From the human T2T-CHM13v2.0 reference genome, Homo sapiens: a stretch of 64,000 nucleotides of DNA. The stretch lies in NCBI RefSeq assembly GCF_009914755.1, contig NC_060947.1. One strand, 5' to 3'. The translations under genes were made by a program, and so were the position numbers. Shown here piece after piece: positions 62,063 to 64,000 of this stretch. A model generated the notes under the pieces. It searched no databases and was not told the DNA's origin. It saw nothing but the letters and a program-made list of their open reading frames with translations. The first letter of the stretch is position 1. Each line of letters opens with the position of its first letter.

Positions 62063-62789
62063 TATTTTCTGTTTTCTTTAATTTGTGTCCCTAGTGCCTA
62101 AAAGAATGTTTGACATATAGTAGAGGCTCATCTGCTTGAATGAATGAAAACAAAATCAAGACTTTTCTCTCTTGGAGGCTTTATAAATGACAATGCCACA
62201 TTTGGAACAGAACACATATCACTCCTTTTCCTAGGCTGAGAGAAAAGTTGTCATAATTTAGAGGGAATAAAGGATAAACAGCATTTATAAATATAAATAT
62301 TTTTCAATTGATGAACATTTCATATTCTATCCTATGGATTTTATTGTCTCTTGTTTATTGAACACCTACTATGTGTTGACCTTTATATAAAAAGCTCATT
62401 TAATATTCACAACAAACTTATGAAGTAGGCTTTGCCATTTTTCATTCTAACATGCTGCAGTTTTTTTTTTAAATGCACCATTTGTTTCCTAGTAGACTTT
62501 TAGGAGAAGAAAATAAAAAAGGCAGGCAGGTAGGACTCCCATAGTAAATATACATATGGATTATAGGATGCCCGAGCATTTCAGAAACTTTAAAATGTTC
62601 CAACATTTGAGGCAGTATGTTATTAGACCCCTTACACAAATGAATACATAGAAGCTTAGAGAGGTTAAATAAATTGGCTTTCATTCACATAACCAAGTGA
62701 ATAGCAGAATTCAAATACAGATCTACTTAATTACAAAGCCTGTGATATATCCACTACACTTCCCTGGTTTCTAAGATGATATCCCCATT

Positions 62790-63000
62790 CTTTTAGCCAG
62801 GGTTGTTACCACCCCATAAAGGGCATCTAGAGATGTCTAGAGATGTTGGGAGGCAGGGGAGTTTATGTCCTAATAACATGGGAATACCTGTGGCGTTTAG
62901 AAAATGGGAGCCAGGAAGCCTACATATTCATACAATGCATAGGACCAGTTCCGTCCAACAAAGAACTGTCCCACAAATAGGTAACATGGCTGAAAAATCA
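62790..63000 (+). mobile_element. MER20-like hAT fragment (flanked by MIR pieces ~62340-62765)
   Basis: tacaatgcataggaccag...caacaaagaactgtcc. Confidence 0.6.
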
Positions 63001-63009
63001 ACATTAACT

Positions 63010-63990
63010 GACAGCTCACTCTATGCCAGTGCTGGGGTAAGTGATAGGGATATAAAGATGAAAAAGACTTGGTTCTTAATTTCAGGAAACCTATTTTCGA
63101 GTGAGACAAACAAACAAACAGCCATCTCATACATCACAATAAGTAATTTATCAAAATTATGGACAAAGGAATATAGGAGTCAGAGAAAGAGGAAGAATAA
63201 GTCAGAAAAGGTTTCATGGAGGGAGTAGCCTCTGAGTTGGATCTTCAAAAGTAAGTATAAGTTTTTTTAACTAGATAAAGAGGGTTAGTATTTCAGGACT
63301 AGGTGACAGCATATGTGAAGGCATAAAATGTAAAAGGACATGTCAGGAAAGGTAGTTATATGTACTGGCTGAAACTGCAGCTCTAGAGCTTAGCTGCATT
63401 CATAGTCTGCCTTTGCTACTTCCTAGCTATGAATCTGACAAGCTACTTAACCTCCTTGTGCTTGTTTTTCCTGTATAAAATGGGGATAATAATAATGGAA
63501 TTATTTCATAAGACTGATGGAAGAGTAAATTAGTTATATATGAAATATTTCTAATGGTATCTAGCACATAGTAATCTTTCAGTTAATGTTAGCTGTTATT
63601 TTAAAAACAAGAGATTCATTTGTTCTACTATTTGTACTCTGTTTCAGCAAGTATCTAAGACAGATGACAGATAGGTAGGTAGATAGATACAGAGAGATAA
63701 ATATTGGAATTGAGGGAAACTGCGAAATGTCCATTTTTACTAAAGCATCAGTTGGGATGCATAAAATGGAAAGGTGGAACAAAGTTCACATCACTGTATT
63801 TATATCAGACATAAGGAGTTTAGATTTTATCCTATAGTAAATGGGGAGCCATAGATGGATCTTAGGCAGAGGAGTGGCATGATCAGATTTGTGTTCTGAT
63901 TCTACTGTGGAAGATGGACTGAAGAGGAGAGACTGAAGATAGGGAGACCAATAGGAAGTAGCTGAAGAGATCCAGGATACAAGTGATAAT
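63010..63990 (-). mobile_element. L2 remnants interrupted by a + strand MIR (~63400-63600)
   Basis: taaggagtttagattttatcctatagtaaatggggagccat L2 motif; MIR core ctgtataaaatggggataat. Confidence 0.7.
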
Positions 63991-64000
63991 ATCTATCCTC

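Noticed and set aside
62803-63228. 141-aa + strand ORF
   Set aside because: Spans MER20-like and L2 remnants; chance open frame.

Overview
Primate, almost certainly human, genomic DNA: a near-consensus AluYa5 is present. The window is AT-rich and made mostly of interspersed repeats. I found no intact cellular protein-coding gene, no rRNA or intact tRNA, and no CRISPR array. All long ORFs are broken LINE-1 ORF1/ORF2 fragments or antisense/Alu artefacts. About 40 kb is minus-strand L1: a nested L1MA host (~2.4-19.7 kb) containing L1PA15/16-, L1PA4- and L1PB1-type inserts, an L1PA8-type, an L1MA2-type and a full-length L1PA4-type element. The rest includes Alus, THE1/MLT LTRs, L2, L3, MIR and MER DNA-transposon remnants. 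I did not find a new biological system. The most notable non-routine items are L1-mediated insertion events readable from target-site duplications (TSDs): a 765-bp non-repeat polyadenylated retrocopy inside L1PB1, a tailless 5'-half tRNA-Met retrocopy, a very young AluYa5 and a twin-primed L1 inversion. Also notable are a degenerate ~110-bp monomer array and three frame-compatible candidate micro-exons on the + strand. Subfamily names come from remembered consensus motifs, not a database search. Boundaries without TSDs are approximate.
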